Below, piece by piece: positions 28,882 to 38,774 of a DNA stretch of 64,000 nt. The position numbers and the translations under genes are program-made. Origin of the DNA: a virus (lineage: Duplodnaviria > Heunggongvirae > Uroviricota > Caudoviricetes); the IMG/VR virus record IMGVR_UViG_3300024303_000028, positions 44,613 to 108,612 of that record. One strand, 5' to 3'. The notes beneath the pieces were generated by a model. That model saw only the letters and a list, made by a program, of their open reading frames with translations, did no database searches and had not been told where the DNA came from. Position 1 is the first letter of the stretch; each line of letters opens with the position of its first letter.

Positions 28882-29601
28882 TTACTGGTTCTCCGTCAGC
28901 TTATTCAGCTCTTCGAGCAGTTGAGCTGCGACAACCGGATCAGTTATGTTATTGTAGTTCGCGCACGGCTTTCCAGCCTTGTCCTTTGCGAACTTCTTAA
29001 TGATATCGACCACATGATCCTTCTGGTCAGGATGTTCGGCCAAATAAGACTGCACCGACAGATTGATCACTGAAGTGATCTGCTTGGCAGTTTCCCGATC
29101 CTCCTGTTCCTCTGCTTCCTTCTTCTTGGAGCGCCAGTTATCAGGATCATCCTCCGTGGTAGAAATATTGAAATACTTCAGCAGGAAATAACGTGATGTG
29201 TAGCTCAGACCAGAACCTAATGCCTGAGATGCGTCACTCTGTTGACCTACGAGTGTCCACGGAACAATAATACGGTCGTTCGGATTAGCATTGTTGATCC
29301 AATGCCATTCCATATCGCACCACACAAGTACCTCGTTGATCTTTTCTTCAAACACCTTACCGTCCCTGGCGGCCTTGGTTTTGACATAATGATACGGTTC
29401 GACGTGAGTAGTACCGGGTACGATCCGAGGAATCAAAGACACCCCATGCTTGCGCATCAAACCTTTGATGCTTGCAAGAATGAGGTCGTCTGTTACATAT
29501 TTATAGTTGTATCCCGCGCGGTTCTTCTGCAGGACTTCAACAGGCTTGCCAATTTCAGCAAGCTTCTGATAGATGTTTAGGGGCGCTGCCGTTTCAGCCA
29601 T
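28882..29601 (-). CDS. ERF-family single-strand annealing recombinase
   Basis: Start at MAETAAPLNIY with AAGGAG RBS; ERF-like core (GYNYKYVTDDLILASI). Confidence 0.7.
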   Translation of the reverse strand: MAETAAPLNIYQKLAEIGKPVEVLQKNRAGYNYKYVTDDLILASIKGLMRKHGVSLIPRIVPGTTHVEPYHYVKTKAARDGKVFEEKINEVLVWCDMEWHWINNANPNDRIIVPWTLVGQQSDASQALGSGLSYTSRYFLLKYFNISTTEDDPDNWRSKKKEAEEQEDRETAKQITSVINLSVQSYLAEHPDQKDHVVDIIKKFAKDKAGKPCANYNNITDPVVAAQLLEELNKLTENQ

Positions 29602-29963
29602 TGTTGAAAGCTCTCCTTGTCTTTCTGATAAATATATATACAATTCGGGGCTTCGGCAATCCGAAGTTCCGTTAGAATATCAGTCCATTGTTCTCTGCTT
29701 GTTATTCGATATGGACGCCATCCAGACGGATTTGGCTCATAACGACATTGCATCAGCTTTCGCCTACACTTCTCCGCATCATCCTTGGACAAAAACACGG
29801 CAAGCATCCAATAGAAACCTGTCATGTATTCGGCTAGACAATATCCGTTTGAACTTTGTTTCAACTTGACCAATCGTAGCGGCCATCTCTTGCTGTCCTG
29901 GCAGATCATTTGAACAATGGCGTAAAACTCATTAGGCAGAGGATTCTTATTCATCTGCATCAT
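29577..29963 (-). CDS. hypothetical protein
   Basis: 128-aa ORF, 4-nt overlap chain with neighbours. Confidence 0.45.
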   Translation of the reverse strand: MMQMNKNPLPNEFYAIVQMICQDSKRWPLRLVKLKQSSNGYCLAEYMTGFYWMLAVFLSKDDAEKCRRKLMQCRYEPNPSGWRPYRITSREQWTDILTELRIAEAPNCIYIYQKDKESFQQWLKRQRP

Positions 29964-30412
29964 GGTCTATGGATCGAAGACGAAAACCCGAATGCCTCAC
30001 GAAGTTTGGATTGCACTGCAATCTTCACCTGCTGATCGAGGTATTCCTTAAGAGTACTACCCACCTGTGCCTGAACAGCACGATCCATATGGTCTGCAAC
30101 AATGTCGTTGAAGGATTCACCGCGAAGGGAAAATTGCTCACGAACAGCATCGCACAGTGTATCGCGAATAGTCTCAGCCACCTTTTCCTTAAACTTCCGG
30201 GAAGGCTCAGACCATATGTTTTTGATGCTGGCAACCTTGTCCTCGATAACACGATTACACTCACCTTCAATTGTTACGGCGATGGTTTCTCGCGTGATCT
30301 GTTTAACCCGATCGCGAATCAATTTTTCGATTTCTTCATCAAGAATCTGATTATCATCCAGATCCAGATTAAGTATAATTCGTTTCATACATTTCCTTTC
30401 TAGTTTTGACAT
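29960..30412 (-). CDS. hypothetical protein
   Basis: 150 aa. Confidence 0.45.
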   Translation of the reverse strand: MSKLERKCMKRIILNLDLDDNQILDEEIEKLIRDRVKQITRETIAVTIEGECNRVIEDKVASIKNIWSEPSRKFKEKVAETIRDTLCDAVREQFSLRGESFNDIVADHMDRAVQAQVGSTLKEYLDQQVKIAVQSKLREAFGFSSSIHRP

Positions 30413-30425
30413 GTCCTCCAGTACA

Positions 30426-30725
30426 TCAAATGATGCTCTTTTGACTCCAGTAATTGTATGAATCTTTCAGGGTGTAAGCTTTTCCCTCCAACCACAGAAT
30501 GTCTCTTGCGGACACGGACCCCGAGGCTTGAACAACTTCTTCGATGTCTTCTTCTGTGATCTCATATACCTCAATCCGAGGCATACAAGTATAGGATGAA
30601 TTTCGGTTGAGATTACCGAGGACTGCTTTGAAGAGTTCAAATTCTTCGTCGGTAAGATACGCGATGCCTATAGTACTATCGTCGCAACCTATGTTATGGA
30701 TAAAATATAGCTTAGCGTCCATCAT
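30426..30725 (-). CDS. hypothetical protein
   Basis: 99 aa. Confidence 0.4.
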   Translation of the reverse strand: MMDAKLYFIHNIGCDDSTIGIAYLTDEEFELFKAVLGNLNRNSSYTCMPRIEVYEITEEDIEEVVQASGSVSARDILWLEGKAYTLKDSYNYWSQKSII

Positions 30726-30739
30726 ATGATACCTCTGAT

Positions 30740-31162
30740 TTATGTAGGCATATCATTCAACACGTCAGTACGGCACCGGTAAGCTCGCCCTTCTATCTTC
30801 TCTCTGGCAACCCTGGTCTTGCCTTGTATGGATGCAAACTGATCAGGCAGGTTGCCATACTTTAATGCGAATTGATACATAGGTTCCAGCAACTCTATCT
30901 CAATTTTACAAGCACGTCTGTTACGTAGAGCTTCCGTTAGTTTCTGATAAAGCTTATTACCTTTTGAAGCGCTCAGATTTGGATGGAGTTCAGCATAATG
31001 CTGAATATCAATCACCTGATTCTCATACTCTTGCTGGAGACGCACTGCTTCTTCATATCGAGGCCGGATTTCCCGGAAGAACTTTGCGAAATCTCGCAAA
31101 GTTTCTTCGGGGGAAATTTCCAGCAGAACCTCGGAGGGATGCGTTTGTGCAAACTGAACCAC
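30740..31162 (-). CDS. hypothetical protein
   Basis: 140 aa. Confidence 0.45.
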   Translation of the reverse strand: MVQFAQTHPSEVLLEISPEETLRDFAKFFREIRPRYEEAVRLQQEYENQVIDIQHYAELHPNLSASKGNKLYQKLTEALRNRRACKIEIELLEPMYQFALKYGNLPDQFASIQGKTRVAREKIEGRAYRCRTDVLNDMPT

Positions 31163-31528
31163 GGTTTAAAAAACCTCCATGTACATATTTATATCAAGCG
31201 GCAATCTGTTGTTTAGTTATTAACAGCAGTTGCTGTTCCTGAGCAATATCACATTGATATGTATCAAGCGCCATTTTTATAGTTTCATACAGTTTCTCCA
31301 TTGGAGATTTCACAATTCGTTCATGAAAAACAATATATGGTTCAATCATCTTGTAGTGTTCGGGGGTGATTGTCGAATACTTCCCGTTAGTGAGCCACAG
31401 CCTGTAAGAGCCATAATAGAGATTTTCATCTTTTTCACCTTAAAGCAATGAATTCTTTGATTTATAGGCTCATTGTTTTTTATTGCTTTAAGTATAGTTT
31501 GTACATCAGTCATAAACCACCCGGCAAA

Positions 31529-32443
31529 TCAATCCGGGTCGATGATCGGAAGCACACCATAGTCGCCGCCAATATAAGTAGTAGGCAGCTGACCATTCCA
31601 AAGATTTGTCTCCATATACTGAATCAGGGCATCAGTCAAAGACTCTGAGATCAACTGGTTTGCTTCGGCCTCGGCTTCGGCCTTAACCTTAACCGCATAC
31701 GCTTCTGCGTCAGCCTTCATCTTGGCGACGTCTGCATTTGCCTGCGCCTCAATCTTTTCGCGCTCGGCACGCTGCTGTGCGACCATGGTTTCTTGCTCCT
31801 GTTCGGTCTGGGTCTTCTGAAGAACCTGAGTGGCAACCTGCTTGGCTTCAATAGCATCAGTAAAAGAATCAGCAAAATCAATATCCAGAGAAACAGAGAT
31901 GATATTCAGACCGTAGGGTTCAACTGCTGACCGAATGGCAGACAGCAGCTCCGGAGAAAGAACTTCGCGGTTTGCAATCAGCTCCTCCGCACTACGGGTT
32001 GAAATCAGAACACGACCTGATTCTTCCAGGCGATGAGGAACAAGCACATCATAATAATCCTTACCAACGCTTCGATACAGCTTCATCGCTGCAGTCTTAT
32101 CAATTGCGAACGAAATGCGACCAGACACCTTGACCTCCTGCATATCTGCAGAGAACGCCAAGAATGTAAACTCCTTGGTCTGCTCGCGATTATCCATCAT
32201 AACAATAGACTGCCACGGAGCCTTCATATTTAAGCCGGCCTCAATGGTGGTATCGCTGACTCTGCCGAACGTTGTCAAAATGCCGGTATAACCAGTCGGT
32301 ACGGTAGAGATCGTGGACATGCCGAGAAGAATGATGGCGGCGATCAGAGCAACGACGCCCATGGGCGTGCATTCTCTACGGATAACAAGAGCCATAACGA
32401 TGCCGACCAGCAACGCAATAATGCCCAGTACAAACAAAAACAT
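31529..32443 (-). CDS. SPFH/band-7 (stomatin/prohibitin-like) membrane protein
   Basis: N-terminal TM, SPFH core, C-terminal Ala/Glu/Lys-rich coiled coil. Confidence 0.7.
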   Translation of the reverse strand: MFLFVLGIIALLVGIVMALVIRRECTPMGVVALIAAIILLGMSTISTVPTGYTGILTTFGRVSDTTIEAGLNMKAPWQSIVMMDNREQTKEFTFLAFSADMQEVKVSGRISFAIDKTAAMKLYRSVGKDYYDVLVPHRLEESGRVLISTRSAEELIANREVLSPELLSAIRSAVEPYGLNIISVSLDIDFADSFTDAIEAKQVATQVLQKTQTEQEQETMVAQQRAEREKIEAQANADVAKMKADAEAYAVKVKAEAEAEANQLISESLTDALIQYMETNLWNGQLPTTYIGGDYGVLPIIDPD

Positions 32444-32477
32444 GAGTATATCCTCCTTAAATTCCTTGTCTTACAGA

Positions 32478-33098
32478 TCACGAAATATGGAAAACAATAC
32501 GAGTATTTGACCAGTCTACCTCCTCAGGAACGAAGGCATGTTGCTGGCTATCCCAATGTCGACAATAGTCTTCGAATGCATTGATCCGAAGTCTAACTCC
32601 CTCTTTGATGCGACGCCAGACATCTCTCGTTCCCCACGACTCCGTCCACTCATAATACTGATAAGCCATCTGCTCGTCTGCAGTCAGCTGCCGATACTCC
32701 GCCGGCGTCAGCATTTCGCAATTCGGATCTGGATCATTTGTGATCCCAGCTTCATACTGAAGGAGTGACTGCCGCGGGATGTATCCACTGAATTCCGGGG
32801 TGTCCAGACGCTTCGACAGAAACCAGGACGCCGGCAACGTGCGAAGGTACAGGTCGCCATAATCCCGATACTCCCGAAGCTCATCCTTCAGCTTCTCGCT
32901 CAAATCTTCATATGGAAGCGAGACGACATCTTCGATGTCCATCATGGCATTCCGTACTGCACTTGCGCCGCTGACGACCGGGACCAGATGAAATCCGTTG
33001 TGGTTCGGATTTGTATTCGGATAGTAGGTATACATGTCAATGTTGACCCACTTTCCGTCGATCTTTGCTTCGGTGTAAACATCAACTGAGACGCTCAT
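32478..33098 (-). CDS. hypothetical protein
   Basis: 206 aa. Confidence 0.45.
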   Translation of the reverse strand: MSVSVDVYTEAKIDGKWVNIDMYTYYPNTNPNHNGFHLVPVVSGASAVRNAMMDIEDVVSLPYEDLSEKLKDELREYRDYGDLYLRTLPASWFLSKRLDTPEFSGYIPRQSLLQYEAGITNDPDPNCEMLTPAEYRQLTADEQMAYQYYEWTESWGTRDVWRRIKEGVRLRINAFEDYCRHWDSQQHAFVPEEVDWSNTRIVFHIS

Positions 33099-33149
33099 AA
33101 ATTACCTCCTTGCGCATTCGGGGAACCTTTTTACGGTACATACGTTTTC

Positions 33150-33186
33150 CTTCCTTTTAATTATTGCAATCAAAAAGAGACGGCGT
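33150..33186 (-). terminator. rho-independent terminator
   Basis: GAGACGACGTGATACGCCGTCTC hairpin followed by TTTTTG on the minus strand, just after the 33188 gene. Confidence 0.6.
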
Positions 33187-33187
33187 A

Positions 33188-33934
33188 TCACGTCGTCTCC
33201 TGATGCTCTGAAAATATGTCCTCGGGGCGATATCGCCACGCGAGGTACTGAGGGAGAATGTGAGGGTCAAACCACTCAAGAGTTCCCATCCGCTCGTCAT
33301 GATATGCACGGTAGAACTTCCCGGAAGTCTCAACCTTTTTGCACGACAGTTGCATAGGAAACCACTTTGGCGGTTCTTCTCCCGACATCTCATAATGCCG
33401 TCTCACTCTGGAAACAGCATTCTGAATGGCAGGCCGTAGCGTATTCTTCAAGCGCTGGTAGTCGCTTTGACCCTCTCCATTTTTATGTGTTCGCAGAATG
33501 GTTGTTCCGTCTGCACGGACACAATGGCGTTCTTTGTGAGGACCACGGGGCGGATCAATGAACTCTCGAAGATCGCAAGCCACACGAAGGTCTTCAACGG
33601 CCTCTGCGTAGATTGGGTAATACCCCTCCAAAGGAAGGGTGGAGGATCGATAAAGAGGTTTGGACGGCATGCCTGCGTAATCATGCGGTGCTCTGATACG
33701 CATTCTGATAAAGTCGATATCATATGGCTTAACACACACCGTCATGTCGGCATCCATACCGCTATACAACAACCACAGAAAAGCACGATAAACATGGTTG
33801 ATCGTGCTTGTCGGAGTGATTGGAAGGGCGACATCCATCACCAGCTTCAAATGAAGCGGCGAGGTAACATACTCACTAAGTATGCCCTCATAGTCCTTTG
33901 TTGTGAAAAAATCTTGACGCTTTTCCCGAGCCAT
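33188..33934 (-). CDS. hypothetical protein
   Basis: 248 aa, directly downstream of the MazF-like gene. Confidence 0.45.
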   Translation of the reverse strand: MAREKRQDFFTTKDYEGILSEYVTSPLHLKLVMDVALPITPTSTINHVYRAFLWLLYSGMDADMTVCVKPYDIDFIRMRIRAPHDYAGMPSKPLYRSSTLPLEGYYPIYAEAVEDLRVACDLREFIDPPRGPHKERHCVRADGTTILRTHKNGEGQSDYQRLKNTLRPAIQNAVSRVRRHYEMSGEEPPKWFPMQLSCKKVETSGKFYRAYHDERMGTLEWFDPHILPQYLAWRYRPEDIFSEHQETT

Positions 33935-33943
33935 AATAGCACC

Positions 33944-34381
33944 TCATGCGACAGTATTTAGTCTAATAGCTTGTTCATGTGCTTCCAGCAAAGACGCGAC
34001 ATCCAGAAATGAGATGGCGGCTGTTGCGGCAAGATGAGCCGACGCGACCGGACGCATCAAATGCTTGGGTAACGTCGTGATATATTGTCCAATCGCCGAT
34101 TTCGGCAAACATTTAGGACATTCCGCTAAAACCATACTGTCATACATGAGTCCTGTTTCAGACGCATTCAGCAAAACATGTGTTGGCATGTTCAGCTTCT
34201 TGAGCGAAGTGGTTAATGGCAATGCAATGATGTTCGGGCTATGGATGTTTCCGACATTGTTCTGAAATACAACGCCGGGTCTCATCCCATTTTGCTCGTG
34301 AGGTACGTCACCGAAGTTCATCAGATAAACTTCTCCGCACCTGACGTGTGATGATGCAGTCATGGGACTACGTTTGTTCAC
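33944..34381 (-). CDS. MazF/PemK-family endoribonuclease toxin-like protein
   Basis: GEVYLMNFGDVPHEQNGMRPGVVFQNNVGN...PTHVLL...TGLMYDSMVLAEC; GTG start after AAGGAG. Confidence 0.6.
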   Translation of the reverse strand: MNKRSPMTASSHVRCGEVYLMNFGDVPHEQNGMRPGVVFQNNVGNIHSPNIIALPLTTSLKKLNMPTHVLLNASETGLMYDSMVLAECPKCLPKSAIGQYITTLPKHLMRPVASAHLAATAAISFLDVASLLEAHEQAIRLNTVA

Positions 34382-34486
34382 GTACGATCTCCTTTCTTCG
34401 TCGAATCAGGAAAACAGCTGGTTAAGCATATAGATCGTACCACAACAATCGACACTCTGTCAAGATACTTCTTTTTCGATTCCTCC

Positions 34487-34852
34487 TTAATTTTTCGAAC
34501 CGTCGCTATATCGACATACGCGACGCGCCTGCTCAGCTACATTATCTTTGGTAACCTCGCTCGGCAATTGTTCCTCTTTCACTGAATCTTTATGGGCTTC
34601 CATTTCCCACTTGAAAACATTGACAAGAAATACACATCCTCCAATACCGACAATAGATTGAAGGATGATAGTACCCGCGTTGAACTCAGATATGGTCATC
34701 AATAAAACACCAATGACGATGATGCCCACAATGACTAGGAAAAGCTTCAGGCAGGCATCAAATGATGACAGCTTTAGCTCTTCGACAAAAAACTTGTATA
34801 CGACATAGACTATACCAATAATAATCCATGCCAGTCCGACTGCAAGACTCAC
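34487..34852 (-). CDS. integral membrane protein
   Basis: 121 aa with three hydrophobic helices. Confidence 0.5.
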   Translation of the reverse strand: MSLAVGLAWIIIGIVYVVYKFFVEELKLSSFDACLKLFLVIVGIIVIGVLLMTISEFNAGTIILQSIVGIGGCVFLVNVFKWEMEAHKDSVKEEQLPSEVTKDNVAEQARRVCRYSDGSKN

Positions 34853-34869
34853 ACAATCACCGCCGTTTC

Positions 34870-35100
34870 TTAATGTGAAGCCTCGTCAAGATGTTCGATC
34901 GCTTCTGAAATTGAGTCCATTGCACTATCCATGGCATCGATGGCTTCCTCCATCATCTGACCACGCTCGGACTCTTGGATCCCTTCTGGAAGATTATCGA
35001 AGGAATCCTGTTCGTCATCTCTTACCTGTATCACGAGCTCAGAAGCTTGCTCTAACATATGACGAGCCTGCTGCAATGTTTTGCGTTTCTTCTGGTTCAC
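34870..35100 (-). CDS. small acidic helical protein
   Basis: 76 aa. Confidence 0.4.
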   Translation of the reverse strand: MNQKKRKTLQQARHMLEQASELVIQVRDDEQDSFDNLPEGIQESERGQMMEEAIDAMDSAMDSISEAIEHLDEASH

Positions 35101-35154
35101 AAATGATCACCTGCCTTTATTGTAGTCGAGAGATGGAATAGTGTCAAGTATATA

Positions 35155-35928
35155 TCAAATGAGATACCACTTAACAATATCTTCAGACACACCAATGATT
35201 CGCGTATACGCTAATGCATCGACGCCATTGGGATCCCCGTCATATACAATGTTTGGCGGATAAGCGTACTCAGACATTTCAGCATCTATCATGATATCAA
35301 TGATTGCCTCGTGAAGCTTCTGTTCGATCAAATCATATTGAGAACGACTGTGTACCTTAGTGCAGGCATTACCCAGTTCTTTCACAACTTCATATACAGC
35401 CATTGTAATTGGTACAGTAATGAAGCGACCGCAGTACTTCTCTTTGATTTCATCGATACACCTCGGATATTTTGTCTCCAGATTAGGAATATCTACACAT
35501 ACGATGTTCTCTTTACCATATGCGTTGCATAGTAGGGCGACGTGAAGAAGGCCAGCTACACCTTCTGGTGCCTTGATGAGAATTTTCTTGCCAGGCATCA
35601 GCGGATGTTTAGATCGGATTTTTGAGACCATCTCGTCTAAGCTCATATCGAGATACAGAAAAATGTACGGATCCATGTTCCTCCTGAGTACGAAAGCCCG
35701 GCCTGCTTGGACAGAGCTGAAGGATTCGATTGAGACATCTTGTAAAGAATTTTTATTAAATATTGAATATCCAATATATTCTTGGCGAAACGTATGATCG
35801 GATAGGTGCGGAAGATCGAGCTGCACAGCAGCTTTGAGCGAGTTGACGTAAAAGCGATTGAGTGAATGGCGTTCCACGAAACAAGGGACGATCTTCGACT
35901 TAACTTGCAGAAATTGCAAAGAGTACAT
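35155..35928 (-). CDS. hypothetical protein
   Basis: 257 aa. Confidence 0.45.
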   Translation of the reverse strand: MYSLQFLQVKSKIVPCFVERHSLNRFYVNSLKAAVQLDLPHLSDHTFRQEYIGYSIFNKNSLQDVSIESFSSVQAGRAFVLRRNMDPYIFLYLDMSLDEMVSKIRSKHPLMPGKKILIKAPEGVAGLLHVALLCNAYGKENIVCVDIPNLETKYPRCIDEIKEKYCGRFITVPITMAVYEVVKELGNACTKVHSRSQYDLIEQKLHEAIIDIMIDAEMSEYAYPPNIVYDGDPNGVDALAYTRIIGVSEDIVKWYLI

Positions 35929-36135
35929 ATTCCCAATATATGTATCCTACCAAATCTTTTCAGATCCAAATGAAGCCGCATAGAGCAGCGGCGGCGCTGG
36001 CACAGATCCTTATGATATAAACCATAAAGTTCCCGCCGAAGGCAACACTGTGCATCAAATAAGACGCTTTGTTGCTATAAAACAAGATGAATCATATCTT
36101 CTTTCAGCCCTGACCGAGCAGGCCGGACATGTAGA

Positions 36136-36846
36136 TTATGCGTTTAGTTTGTCCAGGAAATACTCAATGGCTTCATCGAAAGAGTCATTGACATTAAACT
36201 GAGGGGTGAAATTCAATGTCGTCTCCAGCATGAAGCATTCGGCTCGATTAGAAACCTCGTCCGCCCTTGCCAGCAGTTCTTTGGATATGCAACGAATCTT
36301 CTGCTGGTCAAATGTGACAGACTGCTGTTCTTCAACATCGTATGTGTATGTGACCTGATTCCCTTCTGCATTGAAGCGACGAGCAGTTCCGGTCGTCATG
36401 TTGGTACGCGGACGGGTGTTGGCCAATGCGCCGAGCCGGCGAGCAACACTCTGTACGATCTTATTACATGCAAGTTCGTGATCCAGCTGGAAGGAAGAAA
36501 ACCTTTTCGCATTCGTAATCTCGCTGGACAGAACGCGCTTTTCCTCCATGATGGCAAGTATGAAGTTGACAACGCCACCAACATCATAATGTGGACCGCG
36601 AGATGGGTAAAGCTGATCAGATGTAAATGTTTCATCGGTCGCTTCTGGATCTGCCTTAGATCGATGATGTACTTGGATGACTTCAATTGTGTGAAGTGAA
36701 TTACTGAGATACATTTCGGCTTTCATGAGCAATGTATCAAGGTAATTCTGGTATCGGAAACCTTCCTTTAGATTCATTGGATATCCCTCCTTATGTATTG
36801 TGAGACATCTGTCTCTTGATAGCCAACTTTTCCAGACGGGCATCAT
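36136..36846 (-). CDS. hypothetical protein
   Basis: 236 aa. Confidence 0.45.
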   Translation of the reverse strand: MMPVWKSWLSRDRCLTIHKEGYPMNLKEGFRYQNYLDTLLMKAEMYLSNSLHTIEVIQVHHRSKADPEATDETFTSDQLYPSRGPHYDVGGVVNFILAIMEEKRVLSSEITNAKRFSSFQLDHELACNKIVQSVARRLGALANTRPRTNMTTGTARRFNAEGNQVTYTYDVEEQQSVTFDQQKIRCISKELLARADEVSNRAECFMLETTLNFTPQFNVNDSFDEAIEYFLDKLNA

Positions 36847-37069
36847 AGATCGTTACCTGATGAGACGGCTCGCGATGCTTGGGCTCGCCAAACACCTTCA
36901 CATTGACGCTCATGTCATCAGGATCGAACTGATCAACCTCAACGATTGCCAACTCAAATTCTTCACCATGCACATCAATGGAAATGCTGACGTCCGGCAA
37001 CTTATCGTGATCATTGATCCGGATGCGAAGCGGACCCATTTGGGTATCGAGTTTCATTTCTGAAATCAT
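36791..37069 (-). CDS. hypothetical protein
   Basis: 92 aa. Confidence 0.4.
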   Translation of the reverse strand: MISEMKLDTQMGPLRIRINDHDKLPDVSISIDVHGEEFELAIVEVDQFDPDDMSVNVKVFGEPKHREPSHQVTIYDARLEKLAIKRQMSHNT

Positions 37070-37087
37070 TGGAATGCACCTCCTGAT

Positions 37088-37336
37088 TTAGTTTCTTTTT
37101 GCAAAATGAATAATCAAATCAATACCTTCTGTTGTGTATTCGCAATGGTAACTATCATAGATATACTCATGCTCATCCAACGGCAATCGTAGTGTGATGA
37201 GTTCTCCATAGAGAGATGGGTCGATTCTTACATGCGGATACTTTCGATAGCCCAAGGTTTGACTTGAGCATCCTGTTAGTAAGAATGCGGCTAGTGTAAA
37301 TATAACTAGCAATACAACAACTTTCTTAACGCTCAC
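37088..37336 (-). CDS. small lipoprotein
   Basis: Signal peptide with lipobox LLTGC. Confidence 0.5.
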   Translation of the reverse strand: MSVKKVVVLLVIFTLAAFLLTGCSSQTLGYRKYPHVRIDPSLYGELITLRLPLDEHEYIYDSYHCEYTTEGIDLIIHFAKRN

Positions 37337-37362
37337 TGTTATCCCCTCACGAAATGATAGTT

Positions 37363-37758
37363 TTATTCGTTACCGAGCCAGAGGATTAAACACCCCAACA
37401 TCTCTCTTTTCTTCCAGAACTGCCACCACCTCTTGCGCTTATAGTCAATATGAGAAATAATAGCAGGGTAGTTTTCGTATTTGTCACCGACTTTAACATC
37501 CCGACTTCCTGTCAAATAGAATGTATCGCCTTTCGCCAACGGAACAACTCTTACGTTGTCTGGATAGTCTTCTGCTTTGATGATCATCTTCCACATCTCA
37601 CACATAGCTTGCCTCTCAAAAACCAGTTTGCTTGCCAACCAGGTATATCTTTTTCTTGCATTTAGGGCAGACAATATAATACCAACATACCTCTTCGCAA
37701 CATGGAGGAAGCATCTCACGTTGCACCTCATGATCGTAATAAGCAATTTCGCTATCAC
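37363..37758 (-). CDS. hypothetical protein
   Basis: 131 aa. Confidence 0.4.
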   Translation of the reverse strand: MIAKLLITIMRCNVRCFLHVAKRYVGIILSALNARKRYTWLASKLVFERQAMCEMWKMIIKAEDYPDNVRVVPLAKGDTFYLTGSRDVKVGDKYENYPAIISHIDYKRKRWWQFWKKREMLGCLILWLGNE

Positions 37759-37804
37759 ACTTACTACATGAAGCTACTTTTTCTGTCTCGTTGAGAATCC
37801 TCAT
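37616..37804 (-). CDS. small zinc-ribbon protein
   Basis: CSKCDSE...CPKCKKK; overlaps the previous ORF, so only one of the two may be real. Confidence 0.3.
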   Translation of the reverse strand: MRILNETEKVASCSKCDSEIAYYDHEVQREMLPPCCEEVCWYYIVCPKCKKKIYLVGKQTGF

Positions 37805-37894
37805 TCCGGTCCCTTCTGCTTATAAGAAAGCAACTCCTAGAGATATGCGAGGTACCGTTCATGTACCTCAACATTATTGCCAATGTTCCACACT

Positions 37895-38185
37895 CTACTC
37901 ATATTCGCATAGCTTTATTGTTTCTGGCTTCATTTCATGCCACCAACCGGTTTGAGGCGGTTTCATGCCTTGCCTTCCGCATTCGTCAAATGTATATGGA
38001 ACATTGTTACATATATAATAATGACCTCTAAACCAGAAAAGCTGACCACGAATAAAGGTGCCGTCTAAAGTTTCACCTTCGTAGAACAATTCTGTCAAGC
38101 TGATCGCCATGTTGCTCACCTCAACAAATGAAATTATACTTTTAGTCGTTGATCGATGGTATGTAGGCCGCGCTCCAGCATCCAT
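37895..38185 (-). CDS. hypothetical protein
   Basis: 96 aa. Confidence 0.4.
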   Translation of the reverse strand: MDAGARPTYHRSTTKSIISFVEVSNMAISLTELFYEGETLDGTFIRGQLFWFRGHYYICNNVPYTFDECGRQGMKPPQTGWWHEMKPETIKLCEYE

Positions 38186-38520
38186 TGGATAGCTTTCTCT
38201 CCGTCATGAAAATGAATTACATCATGTAAACTTGGAACAAGCTTCTGATATTCAACCTTCAATGTTAATTCCATATCTGCATCATCCCACTCTCGAAATA
38301 CCACTTCACCACTTACACAAAGCATACGACCTTTGCTTCGACTTTCGGTGTAGGCGTATATCAAATTGCTGTTACAAAGCTCGTGAATATTTGTCCAAGT
38401 ATAATGCCACTCAGAATTTCTGACCTCGGACTCATCTTTAATGCACGTCCCGCACCAACGATGTGCTACTTCCTTCCCCTGATAAAAGAGCCCTGTCCTA
38501 ATTTTATAAAAATGCGTCAT
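38134..38520 (-). CDS. hypothetical protein
   Basis: 128 aa. Confidence 0.4.
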   Translation of the reverse strand: MTHFYKIRTGLFYQGKEVAHRWCGTCIKDESEVRNSEWHYTWTNIHELCNSNLIYAYTESRSKGRMLCVSGEVVFREWDDADMELTLKVEYQKLVPSLHDVIHFHDGEKAIQWMLERGLHTIDQRLKV

Positions 38521-38552
38521 CTGAATACCTCGCTTCCGTGCTTATCTCTTGC

Positions 38553-38774
38553 TCACGCATTACAACAATCAACGACGTAGAACCTCGCGCCGCATGGCGG
38601 AACGAATCCCGGCGGTTGATTGTTGCGAAGCCGGCTGCGTCTGATAGCCGAATAAATCGTGAACGGCAGCATACCCATCATCTTGGCAAGCTCAGGAACG
38701 CTGTCCGCAACGGCTAATGGAAGTTCGTACTGATCTGGTGTAACGGCTATGTATAGCTTAGCTCTCATACGCAA
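38553..38774 (-). CDS. hypothetical protein
   Basis: 73 aa. Confidence 0.35.
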   Translation of the reverse strand: MRMRAKLYIAVTPDQYELPLAVADSVPELAKMMGMLPFTIYSAIRRSRLRNNQPPGFVPPCGARFYVVDCCNA

